Source: Obrimoposthia wandeli
Taxonomy: Eukaryota
Assembly: GCA_977020255.1 (NCBI GenBank)
Contig: CDROCS010004396.1
Span: 1-64,000 of the forward strand
Reading direction: 5' to 3'
DNA length: 64,000 nucleotides
Shown here: piece after piece, positions 28,559 through 39,419 of the stretch
Layout: every line of letters starts with the position of its first letter
Position numbering within the stretch: position 1 is the first letter of the stretch
Program-made: the position numbers and the translations under genes
The notes under the pieces: model-generated
What the model was told of the DNA's origin: nothing
Databases searched by the model: none
The model's input: the letters and a program-made list of their open reading frames with translations, nothing else

Positions 28559-29363
28559 GTGATTTCTCGTTATTGGAAGTTTCAGAAAAGGATGAGAGAG
28601 GGCTCGCATGGAATGACCATTGCTCCCAAGGATTAGTATAGGTATTTGCATGCACACCAAACACTGAAGCGAATAATTGTGACGTGAGTACTTCTTTGGG
28701 ACTACCCTCTGCAATTAAACGCCCATGTTGCAGCATTAAGACTCGATCGCAGTATCTTGCCGCTAGTGGAAGGTCGTGTAATGATATTAAGCTGCTTACA
28801 GGTAACTTGCGCAATAATCCCATGAGGCTAAGCTGATGTGCAATATCTAGATGGTTACAGGGTTCGTCGAGTATCATTAGTTGAGGTTGTTGTACTATTG
28901 CTCGACAGATCATCACTCTTTTACGTTCACCGCCAGAGAGATCTTTAATATCACGGTCTAAAAAGCCACCGAGGTTAAACTGTTTCACAGCGGCTTCGAA
29001 TACACTCGCACCTATAGGGTCCCTACCACTGAGCCAATGTTGATGCGGTGTACGGCCCGTTGAAATAACAGAGCGAACACTTAACTGGAAATCAGCGGGG
29101 GTTTCTTGCGTCACAGCAGCGATTAATAATGCGCGCTGACGAACAGTTAACGTGCGGCTATCTCGCCCATTTAGATAGATTTCTCCAGAAAAAGCATTTA
29201 ATGCACCAAACAAGCAACGCATTAAAGTCGTTTTACCAGCGCCATTTGGCCCTAGCACTCCCACCATTTCACCTGCTTTTAGATTAAAACTGACATCTTC
29301 TAGTAGTTTTTGATGCGCATCGCCAGAGACACTCAAGTGTTTGACTTGTAACAAATCAGCCAT
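28551..29363 (-). CDS. ABC ATP-binding protein (FepC/BtuD class)
   Basis: GPNGAGKTT, LSGGERKR, ILDEPCNHLD, LHDL. Confidence 0.92.
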   Translation of the reverse strand: MADLLQVKHLSVSGDAHQKLLEDVSFNLKAGEMVGVLGPNGAGKTTLMRCLFGALNAFSGEIYLNGRDSRTLTVRQRALLIAAVTQETPADFQLSVRSVISTGRTPHQHWLSGRDPIGASVFEAAVKQFNLGGFLDRDIKDLSGGERKRVMICRAIVQQPQLMILDEPCNHLDIAHQLSLMGLLRKLPVSSLISLHDLPLAARYCDRVLMLQHGRLIAEGSPKEVLTSQLFASVFGVHANTYTNPWEQWSFHASPLSSFSETSNNEKSHA

Positions 29364-29525
29364 AGCCCAAGATCAACTAAAGGTTACATACATTGAACTA
29401 TACTTTTGAATATTTTTTGTCATGTGCTGCCTAAGCTCACACACGGAGAAACATGCCTAGGAAGAAAGCCCAAAGGCTTTCATGCCCAGAACCGCCCACC
29501 GCGATTATTTAAAGGGGGTAACGTT

Positions 29526-29690
29526 AGGCTGTTTTTCGGGCTTAACAGTGGTGGATCAATCTTTTCCAAGCTGTTGCTCAGAGGTTTTATTGATCGACAA
29601 ACTGTAATTACCGTTGCGGGGGCAGCGCCTGGTTTCCACAAGCTTCCCAATTATCAGTCAGGTATTAAATGTCTGACTGCACCTATCGCA
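29526..29690 (-). ncRNA. Cobalamin riboswitch
   Basis: Minus strand AGGTG...AATTGGGAAGCTTGTGGAAACCAGGCGCTGCCCCCGCAACGGTAA...AAGCCCGAAAAACAGCCT, upstream of a Btu-like ABC operon. Confidence 0.9.
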
Positions 29691-30526
29691 TACAAATTAA
29701 TTGGCAAGTATTGTATTGAGAAATATTTTTAAACACAATCTTTGTTTGTATATATTTTCAACCAGAACGCTAGCCGTAAAATGAGTAGAGTTTACTAAGA
29801 TCCGGATAATATTGGCATGGGAATAAACAAGTAATTCTAATCAAAGCATTGCCTACATCAAGTAGGTAAATAGCATTAGTGGCTTGCTTTTACTAATGCT
29901 GCGCTATTGTTTTAAGCTTTTTTCTTAAAACCACTCCAACTCCTACCCTCCCACAAACGACAGCTAAGGCTACTAATATTGATGCTATATCGTGATAAGA
30001 GCGTAAGCACTAAATCATTAAACCCAACTCTCTATTTAACATAATATTATTTATACGTATGAATTTTTATATAAATATATGTGTTTTTAAAAGATTATTA
30101 CAACAGTGATCAATTACTATATTTTCATAGACGATCAATTGCTAATCTCCTCATGATCGATGCTTCTAGCTGTAAAATTCTTTGAATTGCAAAAAATTAT
30201 TGATGACCACTCCACTAGCTCTTTATCTACATGCTTGGATTGATATTTGATCTAACCCGTTTTTTATTATTTTTTTGTGGATACTTACACGCCTATGGAT
30301 TAATGTTTAATACAGGGAATGTTGCAGCAACTTGTTATTATTACTACTATTAGTAAACTCTTTATTCACTTTGGGTACTGCACATTACCTATGCTTGAGT
30401 TACCGTTATGTTTAAAATAGCATCTAAGGATGCGTCAAATTTTCATAGAAACTGTTAGTGCAAATATTTTGTTTGATACATTGATGGCATTCCCCAATAA
30501 AATTTGTCAGCCGAAGAGAGAATAAT

Positions 30527-31831
30527 ATGAATAAATATGCGCAAAAGAACATACTCATTACCATTGTCAGTACTATTACACTGATCAGTAGTGCGTCTAC
30601 AATTTACGCTGCCGGCTTTCAATTAAAAGAGCAAAGCGCGGAAGGACAAGGAAACTCATTCGCAGGACAAACGGCTAAAGCTGTTGACGCAAGTACAATA
30701 TTTTTCAATCCTGCTGGTATGTCACGCCTTGAAGGCAACCATGTTCAGTCAAATATTTCTTATATTGCCCCTTCTGCTAAATATGGACATAGCTCTGCGG
30801 GCACTTCAGCTGCATTAGGCCCTACTCCTAACCCATTCACAAACACCTCTGGCATTGATGGGGGTGTTTCAGCCTTTGTGCCAGCAGCTTATGCTGTTTG
30901 GGATTACTCTGAAGATATCAAGCTGGGAATAAGTATCAATGCGCCCTACGGTTTATCCACGGAATACAATAAAGATTGGGTAGGAGCTGAATATAACGTT
31001 TTAAGCCAAATAAAAACGATTAACCTGGCCCCTTCAATTTCTTATCGCATTAATGATAAATTTTCAATTGGTGGTAATGTACAGATTCAAAAAATGGACG
31101 GAGAACTTACTAATCAATCTTTGTACCAAGCCTCTATCGGCGATGTAAACACTAAGGCTTTAACGACACTTAAAGCCGATGATATTGGTTTTGGCTTTGG
31201 TTTTGGCATGCTCTATGAATATAGTGACAAAGGACGCGTTGGCTTTAATTATCGCTCTCAGATTAAGCACAAACTAGACGGCGATGTAAAAACACCTATT
31301 GCTGCCGCTCACCCTGCATTTAGTGCTACCAACTTTAATGCTTCTGCACATTTTACGACACCTGCCACTGCCTCTATCGGCTTATACCACGATGTTACTG
31401 ACCAATGGGCTTTACTTGCAGATGTAAGCTGGACAGATTGGTCTGTATTTGACAAATTAGAGGTTATAAGAGATGACGGATCACTAGCTGCAGTTACGGA
31501 CTATAATTGGAGTGATAATATTTTCGTCGCATTAGGAGCGAACTACCAATACGATGCACAGCTTCAACTAAAAATGGGAGTCGCTTATGATGAAGGAGCC
31601 GCTAATGATCAGCATCGCTCAGCAGGGATCCCAGATGAAACTAGGTATTGGACATCTGTTGGAGCGTCTTATGCATTGAATAAGAAGACGACATTAAATG
31701 TCGGTTACTCTCACATTAGAGCTAGATCGGCTGATGTAAATGAAGGTAGATCAGGTAAAGCGACTACTTATGCTGGTGCATTTAAATCCCGTGTAAACAT
31801 ACTTAGTGTAGGGTTTGATTATCAATTTTAA
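30527..31831 (+). CDS. fadL: Long-chain fatty acid outer membrane transporter (FadL/OmpP1/TodX family)
   Basis: AGFQLKEQSA, DASTIFFNPAGMSRL, NAPYGLSTEY, C-terminal F (FDYQF). Confidence 0.92.
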   Translation: MNKYAQKNILITIVSTITLISSASTIYAAGFQLKEQSAEGQGNSFAGQTAKAVDASTIFFNPAGMSRLEGNHVQSNISYIAPSAKYGHSSAGTSAALGPTPNPFTNTSGIDGGVSAFVPAAYAVWDYSEDIKLGISINAPYGLSTEYNKDWVGAEYNVLSQIKTINLAPSISYRINDKFSIGGNVQIQKMDGELTNQSLYQASIGDVNTKALTTLKADDIGFGFGFGMLYEYSDKGRVGFNYRSQIKHKLDGDVKTPIAAAHPAFSATNFNASAHFTTPATASIGLYHDVTDQWALLADVSWTDWSVFDKLEVIRDDGSLAAVTDYNWSDNIFVALGANYQYDAQLQLKMGVAYDEGAANDQHRSAGIPDETRYWTSVGASYALNKKTTLNVGYSHIRARSADVNEGRSGKATTYAGAFKSRVNILSVGFDYQF

Positions 31832-32422
31832 TGGCTACATCGAAGGTCTTCTCCCCTCCCCTGCAATCTAAAGTAGGTGATTTTTAGCACTATAACCTTC
31901 GATATATTTAGACCAGATTGAAATATATTACACGTTATCTTTTAATGTTTTTAAAAAATATGTTAACAATTGTTGTTTACATGTGCGCAACTTCACCAGC
32001 TATATTTCATTTTATGCTTAAGAACCTCCTAAGTTATAGATGTTATTAGCTTTAAAAATCAATGACAAACCTTGCATGGAACAAACTCTACGGCACTATA
32101 ATAAAAATTTGATGTCTATATTATTATGATGAGCGATTACTCACATTAACAACTCGTCTTTATCAGTTCACGAGCCACCCCAAAGGTAACCTGTTCATCC
32201 TGAAGTAGATCGAGGATTATAGAAAACTGTTTTTAAAAGGGGGTCTAGCAATTTCAAGAAATACTTTAAACGCTCTAAAGCGATATTGACAAGCTTGTTA
32301 TTTTTTTAACACAACTATCGTTTTTAAACGACCTTTAAATCAAATACTTACGATTTCTCCGTTAAATATTGAATACATCATAATTTATATCAATAAAGGC
32401 AATAAACTTATGGAGGTTTAGT

Positions 32423-33547
32423 ATGAAGCAAGCCGTCATTGTCGGGTTTAACCGCTCCCCTTTCCATTTAGCCAACAAAGGCAGTTTAGCCTGTGTTCGA
32501 CCAGATGATTTAGTTGCACAAGTCATTAAAGGGTTACTGACAGCCACCCAAGTTAACACTCAGGATATAGAAGACCTTATTTGCGGCTGTGCGTTTCCCG
32601 AAGCTGAGCAAGGCTTTAATATAGGTCGTTTAGCTGTTTTTATGAGCGGCTTGCCAAATAGTATAGGTGGATCGACAATCAATCGCTGGTGTGGCTCCTC
32701 GATGCAAGCAATACATATGGCTGCTGGTAGCATCGCGCTTAATGCAGGAAACGTATTTATCTGCGCCGGCATTGAAAGCATGTCACGTGTTCCTATCATG
32801 GGCTTTAATCCCATGCCTAACCCTGTCTTATATAATGAAAACCCAAATGCTTTTATCGCAATGGGTGATACCGCTGAAGTTGTTGCTAACAGATATCAAA
32901 TAAGTCGTGAACAGCAAGAATCCTTCGCACTGCTTTCTCAACAAAAAGCAAGTTGGGCGCAAAATAAAGGCTACTTTGTCGAGGAAATAATCCCTATCAA
33001 TGGTAATGATACTGATGGCTGTATTCGAGAAGATACTAGCTTAGAAGCTTTAGCGAGTTTAAAACCTGCATTTGATGTGCAGGGATCTGTTACAGCAGGT
33101 ACAAGTTCTCCTTTAACAGATGGTGCGAGTGCTGTACTCGTTTGTTCACAAGATTATGCACAAAATAATAACCTTAAGCCGTTAGCTAAAATTATAGCGG
33201 TTGCAACTTCTGGCTGTGATCCACAAATAATGGGTATGGGTCCGGTATATGCAACTTTAAAAGCTTTAAAGCGCGCAGGATTAAGTATCAACGATATGGA
33301 TATAATTGAGTTAAACGAAGCTTTTGCCTCTCAAGCTTTAGCTTGTATTAAGCAGTTAAAAATTGACCCTAGTAAAGTAAACATAGATGGCGGAGCTATT
33401 GCCCTTGGCCACCCGCTAGGCGCCACTGGAGCGCGTATTGTTGGTAAACTAGCCAGTTTATTGCAACGCGAAGGTAAGAAATACGGATTAGCAACCCAGT
33501 GCATCGGAGGTGGGCAAGGAATCGCTACCATATTGGAGGTTTTATAA
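32423..33547 (+). CDS. Acetyl-CoA C-acyltransferase (thiolase)
   Basis: NRWCGSSMQ, ELNEAFA, GHPLGATG and TQCIGGGQG catalytic motifs. Confidence 0.93.
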   Translation: MKQAVIVGFNRSPFHLANKGSLACVRPDDLVAQVIKGLLTATQVNTQDIEDLICGCAFPEAEQGFNIGRLAVFMSGLPNSIGGSTINRWCGSSMQAIHMAAGSIALNAGNVFICAGIESMSRVPIMGFNPMPNPVLYNENPNAFIAMGDTAEVVANRYQISREQQESFALLSQQKASWAQNKGYFVEEIIPINGNDTDGCIREDTSLEALASLKPAFDVQGSVTAGTSSPLTDGASAVLVCSQDYAQNNNLKPLAKIIAVATSGCDPQIMGMGPVYATLKALKRAGLSINDMDIIELNEAFASQALACIKQLKIDPSKVNIDGGAIALGHPLGATGARIVGKLASLLQREGKKYGLATQCIGGGQGIATILEVL

Positions 33548-35898
33548 TGAATGAAATCAAAAATATCTGCGTCATAGGTGCTGGCGTCATGGGAGCAGGT
33601 ATTGCAGCTCACATTGCCAATGCCGGGCATCGTGTGTTGCTGTTCGATATTGTTCCTAAAAATATCAATTCTAAAAGCTTAGCCAGTAATCGAGATCGCA
33701 GTATCGTTGCTAAATCAGCCATTAAAAAGCTACTTAAAACCTACCCTGAACCCTTTACACATACACGAAATGCAAAGCGAATTATTGCATTGAACATTGA
33801 TGACCATCTTTCCCAAATAAGTAAATGTGATTGGATAATAGAGGCAATAGTCGAAAATATTGCACTTAAACAAGCCCTTTACACAAAAATACACGCCATA
33901 CGAAAGCCTGGATCAATCGTATCCTCAAACACTTCCACTATCCTATTAGCAACACTAGTCAAAGATATGCCACAGCGCTTTGCCCAAGACTTTTGTATTA
34001 CACATTTCTTTAATCCTCCTCGGTATATGCGTTTAATTGAAGTTGTTAAAGGCGAGCACACCAAAAGCTCAGTTATTGATGTTGTGAGTCAGTTTTGTGA
34101 TTACACACTGGGAAAGTCAGTGGTCTTGTGCAAAGACAGCCCTGGCTTTATAGCAAATAGGCTGGGAATCTTTTGGATATATTGCGCTTTAATTGAAGCG
34201 CTCGATAGCGACATTAGCATAGAGGAAGCAGACGCTATCCTGGGCAAACCTTGTGGAGTACCTAAAACGGGTGTTTTTGCTTTGATGGATTTAGTCGGTT
34301 TAGATTTAATGCCTAACGTTATTGATTCTATGCTAACAGCATTACCTGCAAAAGACGCTTTTGTAAATATTAAACGAGACTTACCACTACTGCTAAAAAT
34401 GATTGATAAAGGTTATACCGGCCGTAAAGGAAAAGGTGGCTTTTATCGTGTTAAAACAGTGCAAGGCACTAAAATAAAGGAAGTGATCAACTTACATACT
34501 GGTAACTATGCACCGGTTAAAAAGGTGGATGTAGCAGGATCGATAACTAACGTTAATAATATTAAGCAATTATTTGAATTAGAAGATAAAATTTCTAGAT
34601 ACGCATGGCGAGTGATGTCAAGAACACTTGCTTATGCTGCCCAGCTAGTACCGCAAGCAGCTGATAATATTCACGCTGTAGATGAAGCAATGCGCTTAGG
34701 CTACAACTGGAAACTTGGCCCCTTTGAGTTAATTGATAAAATAGGTGCCCGCTGGTTTAAAGAGAAACTACTGGCTGAAAACATTGCAATCTCAACCACC
34801 CTAGAAGCGGCTGTCGCGCAAGGTTTTTATAAAACAGATGAATCGCAAAAACTGTCATTAAATACCCAAGGTGACTATTCACCTGTACAGCGCCCAGCTG
34901 GTGTGGTGATGTTAAATGATATTAAACGTAATACAACAGCCATTTTAAGTAACTCTTCTGCTGCTCTTTGGGATATTGGTGACGGTGTTGCCTGCTTTGA
35001 ATTCACCTCGAAAATGAATTCATTAGATTCAAATACCATGCAGTTATTACATAAGTCTATTCTAGAAGTGTCCAAAAATTATAAAGCAATGGTTATATAT
35101 TCAGATGCGGATAACTTTTCAGCGGGAGCAAATTTAGGCTTAGCCATGTTTGCGGCTAATATCGCGGCATGGCCAGAAATAGCCAATATAGTGCAGGCGG
35201 GACAACAAGCTTACAAAGCTCTTAAGTATGCACCTTTTCCAGTCGTTTCCGCACCTAGTGGCTTGGCGCTTGGTGGTGGCTGTGAAATTTTGTTACACAG
35301 CGATGCTATTCAAGCGCATATAGAAACCTATACCGGATTAGTTGAAGCGGGCGTCGGATTAGTGCCTGCATGGGGTGGCTGCAAAGAACTGCTAGATCGT
35401 TGGATGAATAATCCACATTACGTAAAAGGCCCCATCGCCGGGCCCGCTAAAGCGTTTGAACTCATTTCCACGGCTGCTGTGTCTAAATCTGCTGAACAGG
35501 CAAAAAGTAACAAAGTAATGCGCTCTAGCGATGGAATAACCATGAACCGATACCGCTTATTAGCAGATGCTAAGCAAAAAGCACTTTCTTTAGTTGAGCA
35601 ATATAAGCCACCACTAGAGCCTAGCTTTAACTTGCCTGGTCCCAGTGCAAAAGCGGCTTTTGAAATGTCTATCGCTAGCTTTGTGCGCAGTGCCAAGGCT
35701 ACTAAACATGATGGTGTGGTCGCATTGGAAATAGCCGAAGTACTCAGCGGCGGCCCTAAAGCAGATCCGCAAGTAACGCAAAGCGAGGATGATATTTTGG
35801 CGCTTGAACGCAGCTCCTTTATGCGTATTATCCGCCATCCTGAGAGCTTAGATAGAGTCGAACATATTTTGTTAACGGGTAAACCATTAAGAAATTGA
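33547..35898 (+). CDS. 3-hydroxyacyl-CoA dehydrogenase / enoyl-CoA hydratase, dehydrogenase-first (FadN-type) order
   Basis: VIGAGVMGAG, SSNTS, THFFNPPRYM, PGFIANR at N-terminus; ALGGGCEI, GLVEAGVGLVPAWGG at C-terminus; ATG overlaps the thiolase stop. Confidence 0.92.
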   Translation: MNEIKNICVIGAGVMGAGIAAHIANAGHRVLLFDIVPKNINSKSLASNRDRSIVAKSAIKKLLKTYPEPFTHTRNAKRIIALNIDDHLSQISKCDWIIEAIVENIALKQALYTKIHAIRKPGSIVSSNTSTILLATLVKDMPQRFAQDFCITHFFNPPRYMRLIEVVKGEHTKSSVIDVVSQFCDYTLGKSVVLCKDSPGFIANRLGIFWIYCALIEALDSDISIEEADAILGKPCGVPKTGVFALMDLVGLDLMPNVIDSMLTALPAKDAFVNIKRDLPLLLKMIDKGYTGRKGKGGFYRVKTVQGTKIKEVINLHTGNYAPVKKVDVAGSITNVNNIKQLFELEDKISRYAWRVMSRTLAYAAQLVPQAADNIHAVDEAMRLGYNWKLGPFELIDKIGARWFKEKLLAENIAISTTLEAAVAQGFYKTDESQKLSLNTQGDYSPVQRPAGVVMLNDIKRNTTAILSNSSAALWDIGDGVACFEFTSKMNSLDSNTMQLLHKSILEVSKNYKAMVIYSDADNFSAGANLGLAMFAANIAAWPEIANIVQAGQQAYKALKYAPFPVVSAPSGLALGGGCEILLHSDAIQAHIETYTGLVEAGVGLVPAWGGCKELLDRWMNNPHYVKGPIAGPAKAFELISTAAVSKSAEQAKSNKVMRSSDGITMNRYRLLADAKQKALSLVEQYKPPLEPSFNLPGPSAKAAFEMSIASFVRSAKATKHDGVVALEIAEVLSGGPKADPQVTQSEDDILALERSSFMRIIRHPESLDRVEHILLTGKPLRN

Positions 35899-35909
35899 TT
35901 GGAGGTTAT

Positions 35910-37694
35910 ATGTCTACTTATCAAGCACCTATTAGAGATATGCAATTTGTATTATATGAACTTCATAATGCTTCTAAATTGGTTGAATTAAGCGGTTTCG
36001 AGCAAGTAAGCCAAGACTTAGTCACCCCTGTTTTAGACGCTGCTGCTAGTTTTACCGAACAAGTATTATTCCCGCTTAACCGTTTGGGAGACAAGCAAGG
36101 CTGTCTACTTAAACGAGGTAAAGTCAGCACCCCGACAGGCTTTAAAGCTGCTTACCAACAATTGTGCGAGGGAGGCTGGACAGCCTTCAACTGTGACACA
36201 CAATACGGCGGTATGAATATGCCTAAGAGTATCCATTCTATGGTTGAAGAAATGCTATGCTCAGCCAACCTATCCTTTGGTATGTATCCGGGCTTAACCT
36301 TTGGGGCCTATCATGCCTTGTATAGTTTTGCATCGACTGCCCTTAAAAATAAATTTTTACCCAAGCTAGTTGATGGCTGCTGGTCAGGTACTATGTGCTT
36401 AACTGAGCCGCATTGCGGTACCGATTTAGGTTTGTGCTCTACTCAGGCGAAACCACAAAAGGATGGAACTTATCTGATTAGCGGTACTAAAATATTCATC
36501 TCTGCAGGCGAGCACGATTTAACAGACAATATCATTCACTTAGTACTGGCACGCACACCCGATGCAGTGGCAGGTATTAAAGGTATTAGTTTATTTGTCG
36601 TACCTAAAAATCATATTGATGAATACAGTGTATCTGGCGCTAACAATCATGTTATATGCAGCTCAATTGAAGACAAGATGGGCATTAAAGCTTCAGCCAC
36701 CTGCACCATCAATTTTGAAGGCGCTCAAGGCTGGCTAGTAGGCAATCTCAATGAAGGTATGAAAGGTATGTTCTCTATGATGAATAGAGCCAGATTAGCC
36801 GTTAGCATTCAGGGCGTAGGTTTATGCGAAATTTCTTATCAGGGTGCGGTTGAATACGCTAAAAATCGATTACAAGGGCGTTCCTTAAGCGGTGTTAAGC
36901 ATCCCGATAAAATCGCAGATCCAATCATTGTGCACCCAGATGTCAGGCGCATGCTGATGACAATGCGTGCTTATACACAAGGATGTCGAGCTTTTGGTGC
37001 TTGGGTTTCACAAGAATACGATAATTCCATTGCTCACAAAGATGTTAAGCGCAGAAAAGCCGCTGACGAGTTTGTGCAATTAACGACTCCCATTGTAAAA
37101 TCTTTGTTCACTGATGTTGCCTTTGAATGCACTAATCTCGGCGTACAAGTATTTGGGGGGCATGGTTTTATTCGTGAATCAGCGATGGAGCAGTATGTGC
37201 GTGACTGTCGTATTACACAAATTTACGAAGGCACCAATGGCATTCAAGCACTCGACCTAATTGGGCGTAAATTACCTGAAAAATCAGGTAGGAATTTGCG
37301 ACATTTTTTTCATCCTATCCAAGAGTATATTGAGAAAAATGCCGCCAACGCGCAATTAATCCTCTTCGTTCAACCTTTAACCAAAGCTTTTATACGTTTA
37401 CAGCGAGCTACAGGACATATCGCATTGATTGGATTGTCTAAACCCGAACAGGCAGCTGCTGTCGCCAATGAATACTTGAGACTATTCGGTTTTGTTGCTT
37501 TAGCTTTCATGTGGTGTCGAATGGCGCAAATAGCGCAGCAAAAACTAGCAAAAGATACTGATGGTTTTTATTCTGCAAAAATCACCACTGCGCTATTCTT
37601 TATGCAAAAAATCTTACCGCAAACCAGTGCCTTATTTGCAGCGGTTATGACGGATTCTAAAACAATAATGGAACTTGATGAAGAACAGTTTTGA
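35910..37694 (+). CDS. Acyl-CoA dehydrogenase
   Basis: GTMCLTEPHCGTDLG, GTKIFIS, KMGIKASATC, QVFGGHGF, IYEGTNGIQALDL; GGAGG RBS. Confidence 0.93.
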   Translation: MSTYQAPIRDMQFVLYELHNASKLVELSGFEQVSQDLVTPVLDAAASFTEQVLFPLNRLGDKQGCLLKRGKVSTPTGFKAAYQQLCEGGWTAFNCDTQYGGMNMPKSIHSMVEEMLCSANLSFGMYPGLTFGAYHALYSFASTALKNKFLPKLVDGCWSGTMCLTEPHCGTDLGLCSTQAKPQKDGTYLISGTKIFISAGEHDLTDNIIHLVLARTPDAVAGIKGISLFVVPKNHIDEYSVSGANNHVICSSIEDKMGIKASATCTINFEGAQGWLVGNLNEGMKGMFSMMNRARLAVSIQGVGLCEISYQGAVEYAKNRLQGRSLSGVKHPDKIADPIIVHPDVRRMLMTMRAYTQGCRAFGAWVSQEYDNSIAHKDVKRRKAADEFVQLTTPIVKSLFTDVAFECTNLGVQVFGGHGFIRESAMEQYVRDCRITQIYEGTNGIQALDLIGRKLPEKSGRNLRHFFHPIQEYIEKNAANAQLILFVQPLTKAFIRLQRATGHIALIGLSKPEQAAAVANEYLRLFGFVALAFMWCRMAQIAQQKLAKDTDGFYSAKITTALFFMQKILPQTSALFAAVMTDSKTIMELDEEQF

Positions 37695-37774
37695 ATAAAT
37701 ATAGACCTATAGTTCATCTACTTGATTAGACTTTTAAATCTAAAATATCATTATAAGTTCAAGGGTTAACTTGC

Positions 37775-38593
37775 ATGCAAAGCTTACATAATAAAACGCT
37801 ATTTATTACCGGTGCCAGTCGCGGCATTGGTTTAGAAATAGCAAAAAAAGCAGCACTTGATGGCGCAAATATAGTTATTGCTGCAAAATCGGCCATCGCT
37901 CACCCTAAGCTTGCTGGTACGATATATACCGCCGCTAAAGAAATTGAAGCACTTGGGGGTAACGCACTACCCTTGCAAGTTGATATTAGGGAAGATGATC
38001 AGATAGCCGCTGCGGTTAGTGCCGCTGTTAGTACCTTTGGAGGTATTGATATTTGTATTAACAATGCATCCGCGATTAGCTTAACGAATACTGCGCACAC
38101 CTCAATGAAGCGATTTGATCTTATGCATCAAGTCAACACACGAGGCACCTTTGCAGTATCACAAGCTTGCTTACCTTATTTAATTAAAGCCGAGAATCCA
38201 CATATATTAAACCTTGCGCCACCATTAAATATGCAAGCCAAATGGTTTGAAAATCATACCGCTTACACTATTGCAAAATACGGAATGAGTTTGTGTGTGC
38301 TAGGTATGGCGCAAGAGTTTAGTCAACAAGGGGTAGCAGTGAATGCCCTGTGGCCAAAAACGGTTATTCATACTGCCGCACTTGCTGCGCTTGGCGGGGA
38401 AATTCAAGCAGAAAACTGTAGAACACCGGCAATCGTTGCCGATAGTGCGCACCATATTTTGCTACAAGATGCGAAAAACTGTACGGGGAATTTTTTTATT
38501 GACGAGCAAGTTTTAACTGACATAGGCATAACTGATTTTTCAAAATACGCCGTTGATCCAACTAAAACGTTATTGCCTGATTTATTTTTATAA
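37775..38593 (+). CDS. Short-chain dehydrogenase, HSDL2-like
   Basis: TGASRGIG, NNAS, YTIAKYGMS, NALWP. Confidence 0.88.
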   Translation: MQSLHNKTLFITGASRGIGLEIAKKAALDGANIVIAAKSAIAHPKLAGTIYTAAKEIEALGGNALPLQVDIREDDQIAAAVSAAVSTFGGIDICINNASAISLTNTAHTSMKRFDLMHQVNTRGTFAVSQACLPYLIKAENPHILNLAPPLNMQAKWFENHTAYTIAKYGMSLCVLGMAQEFSQQGVAVNALWPKTVIHTAALAALGGEIQAENCRTPAIVADSAHHILLQDAKNCTGNFFIDEQVLTDIGITDFSKYAVDPTKTLLPDLFL

Positions 38594-38597
38594 ACGG

Positions 38598-38795
38598 TTA
38601 ATAGCTTTCATCGTCACTAAAAACAGCGACATCAATATCGCCGCTTAAAGCCGTTGAAATCGAAAAATTAATAGGCCTGCAACATACTTGACAATCTTCT
38701 ATATATTGCTGATCAACATCTGTTGTATCGATCAATACTGCTAGTAATTCACCACAATAAGGGCAGCTTATGTTTTGCTCAAGAAGACTATTCAT
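38598..38795 (-). CDS. CPXCG-motif cysteine-rich protein
   Basis: SCPYCGE...YIEDCQVCCRPI. Confidence 0.8.
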   Translation of the reverse strand: MNSLLEQNISCPYCGELLAVLIDTTDVDQQYIEDCQVCCRPINFSISTALSGDIDVAVFSDDESY

Positions 38796-38891
38796 TGATA
38801 TTTCCTGCTTGGGTTATAAATTTCATTTTTATATAAAATGCGCTTTATACCTTTTTTAATAGGATCTACACAAGCAAGATTTTTATAATGG

Positions 38892-39383
38892 TTATACTGC
38901 GCCCATACTACTCGGCATTTTCACCGCTATGACTTGTCCCTTAGCGCATATTTTGCCGTGAGCACTTAGCGTGATATCTACTATTATCTTACGCTCTTTT
39001 ACTTCACTAAAGGTGCCTACTAACGTTAATTCAACGCCTAGAGGTGTGGGGGCCACAAAGTTAACTTCTAGCTTCCCCGTCACAAAGCGCAGAGCAGGTG
39101 CTTCACCTAATGCTCTGCCGGCTTGTTTGTAAGCCATCGCAGAGGCACTTCCTGTACCATGACAGTCAATTAATGATGCTATCAAGCCACCATATACAAA
39201 GCCTGGAATTGCTGTATGGCATGCACTTGGAGTAAATTTGGCAAAAGTTTGTTCTCCTCCTTCTTTTTTTGACTCTGATGACCAATAACTTTTTAATTGA
39301 TGCCCTTGAGGATTGTTTTTACCACAGCCAAAACAATGGCTTAAATCTTCAGGGTAAGCATCTTGAAATGCTGTTACATTCAT
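38892..39383 (-). CDS. PaaI-family hotdog-fold thioesterase
   Basis: HCFGCGKNNPQG, VYGGLIASLIDCHGT, FVTGKLEVNF. Confidence 0.85.
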   Translation of the reverse strand: MNVTAFQDAYPEDLSHCFGCGKNNPQGHQLKSYWSSESKKEGGEQTFAKFTPSACHTAIPGFVYGGLIASLIDCHGTGSASAMAYKQAGRALGEAPALRFVTGKLEVNFVAPTPLGVELTLVGTFSEVKERKIIVDITLSAHGKICAKGQVIAVKMPSSMGAV

Positions 39384-39419
39384 AATATTCCTATTTATAG
39401 TCTCGTGTGTAATGTAAAG

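Noticed and set aside
29406-29732. 108-aa plus-strand ORF
   Set aside because: It is antisense to the cobalamin riboswitch and has no recognisable motifs.
35418-35945. Longer antisense ORFs in the track (also 16853-17446, 50566-51036, 62408-62767 and similar)
   Set aside because: They are shadows of well-supported genes on the opposite strand.
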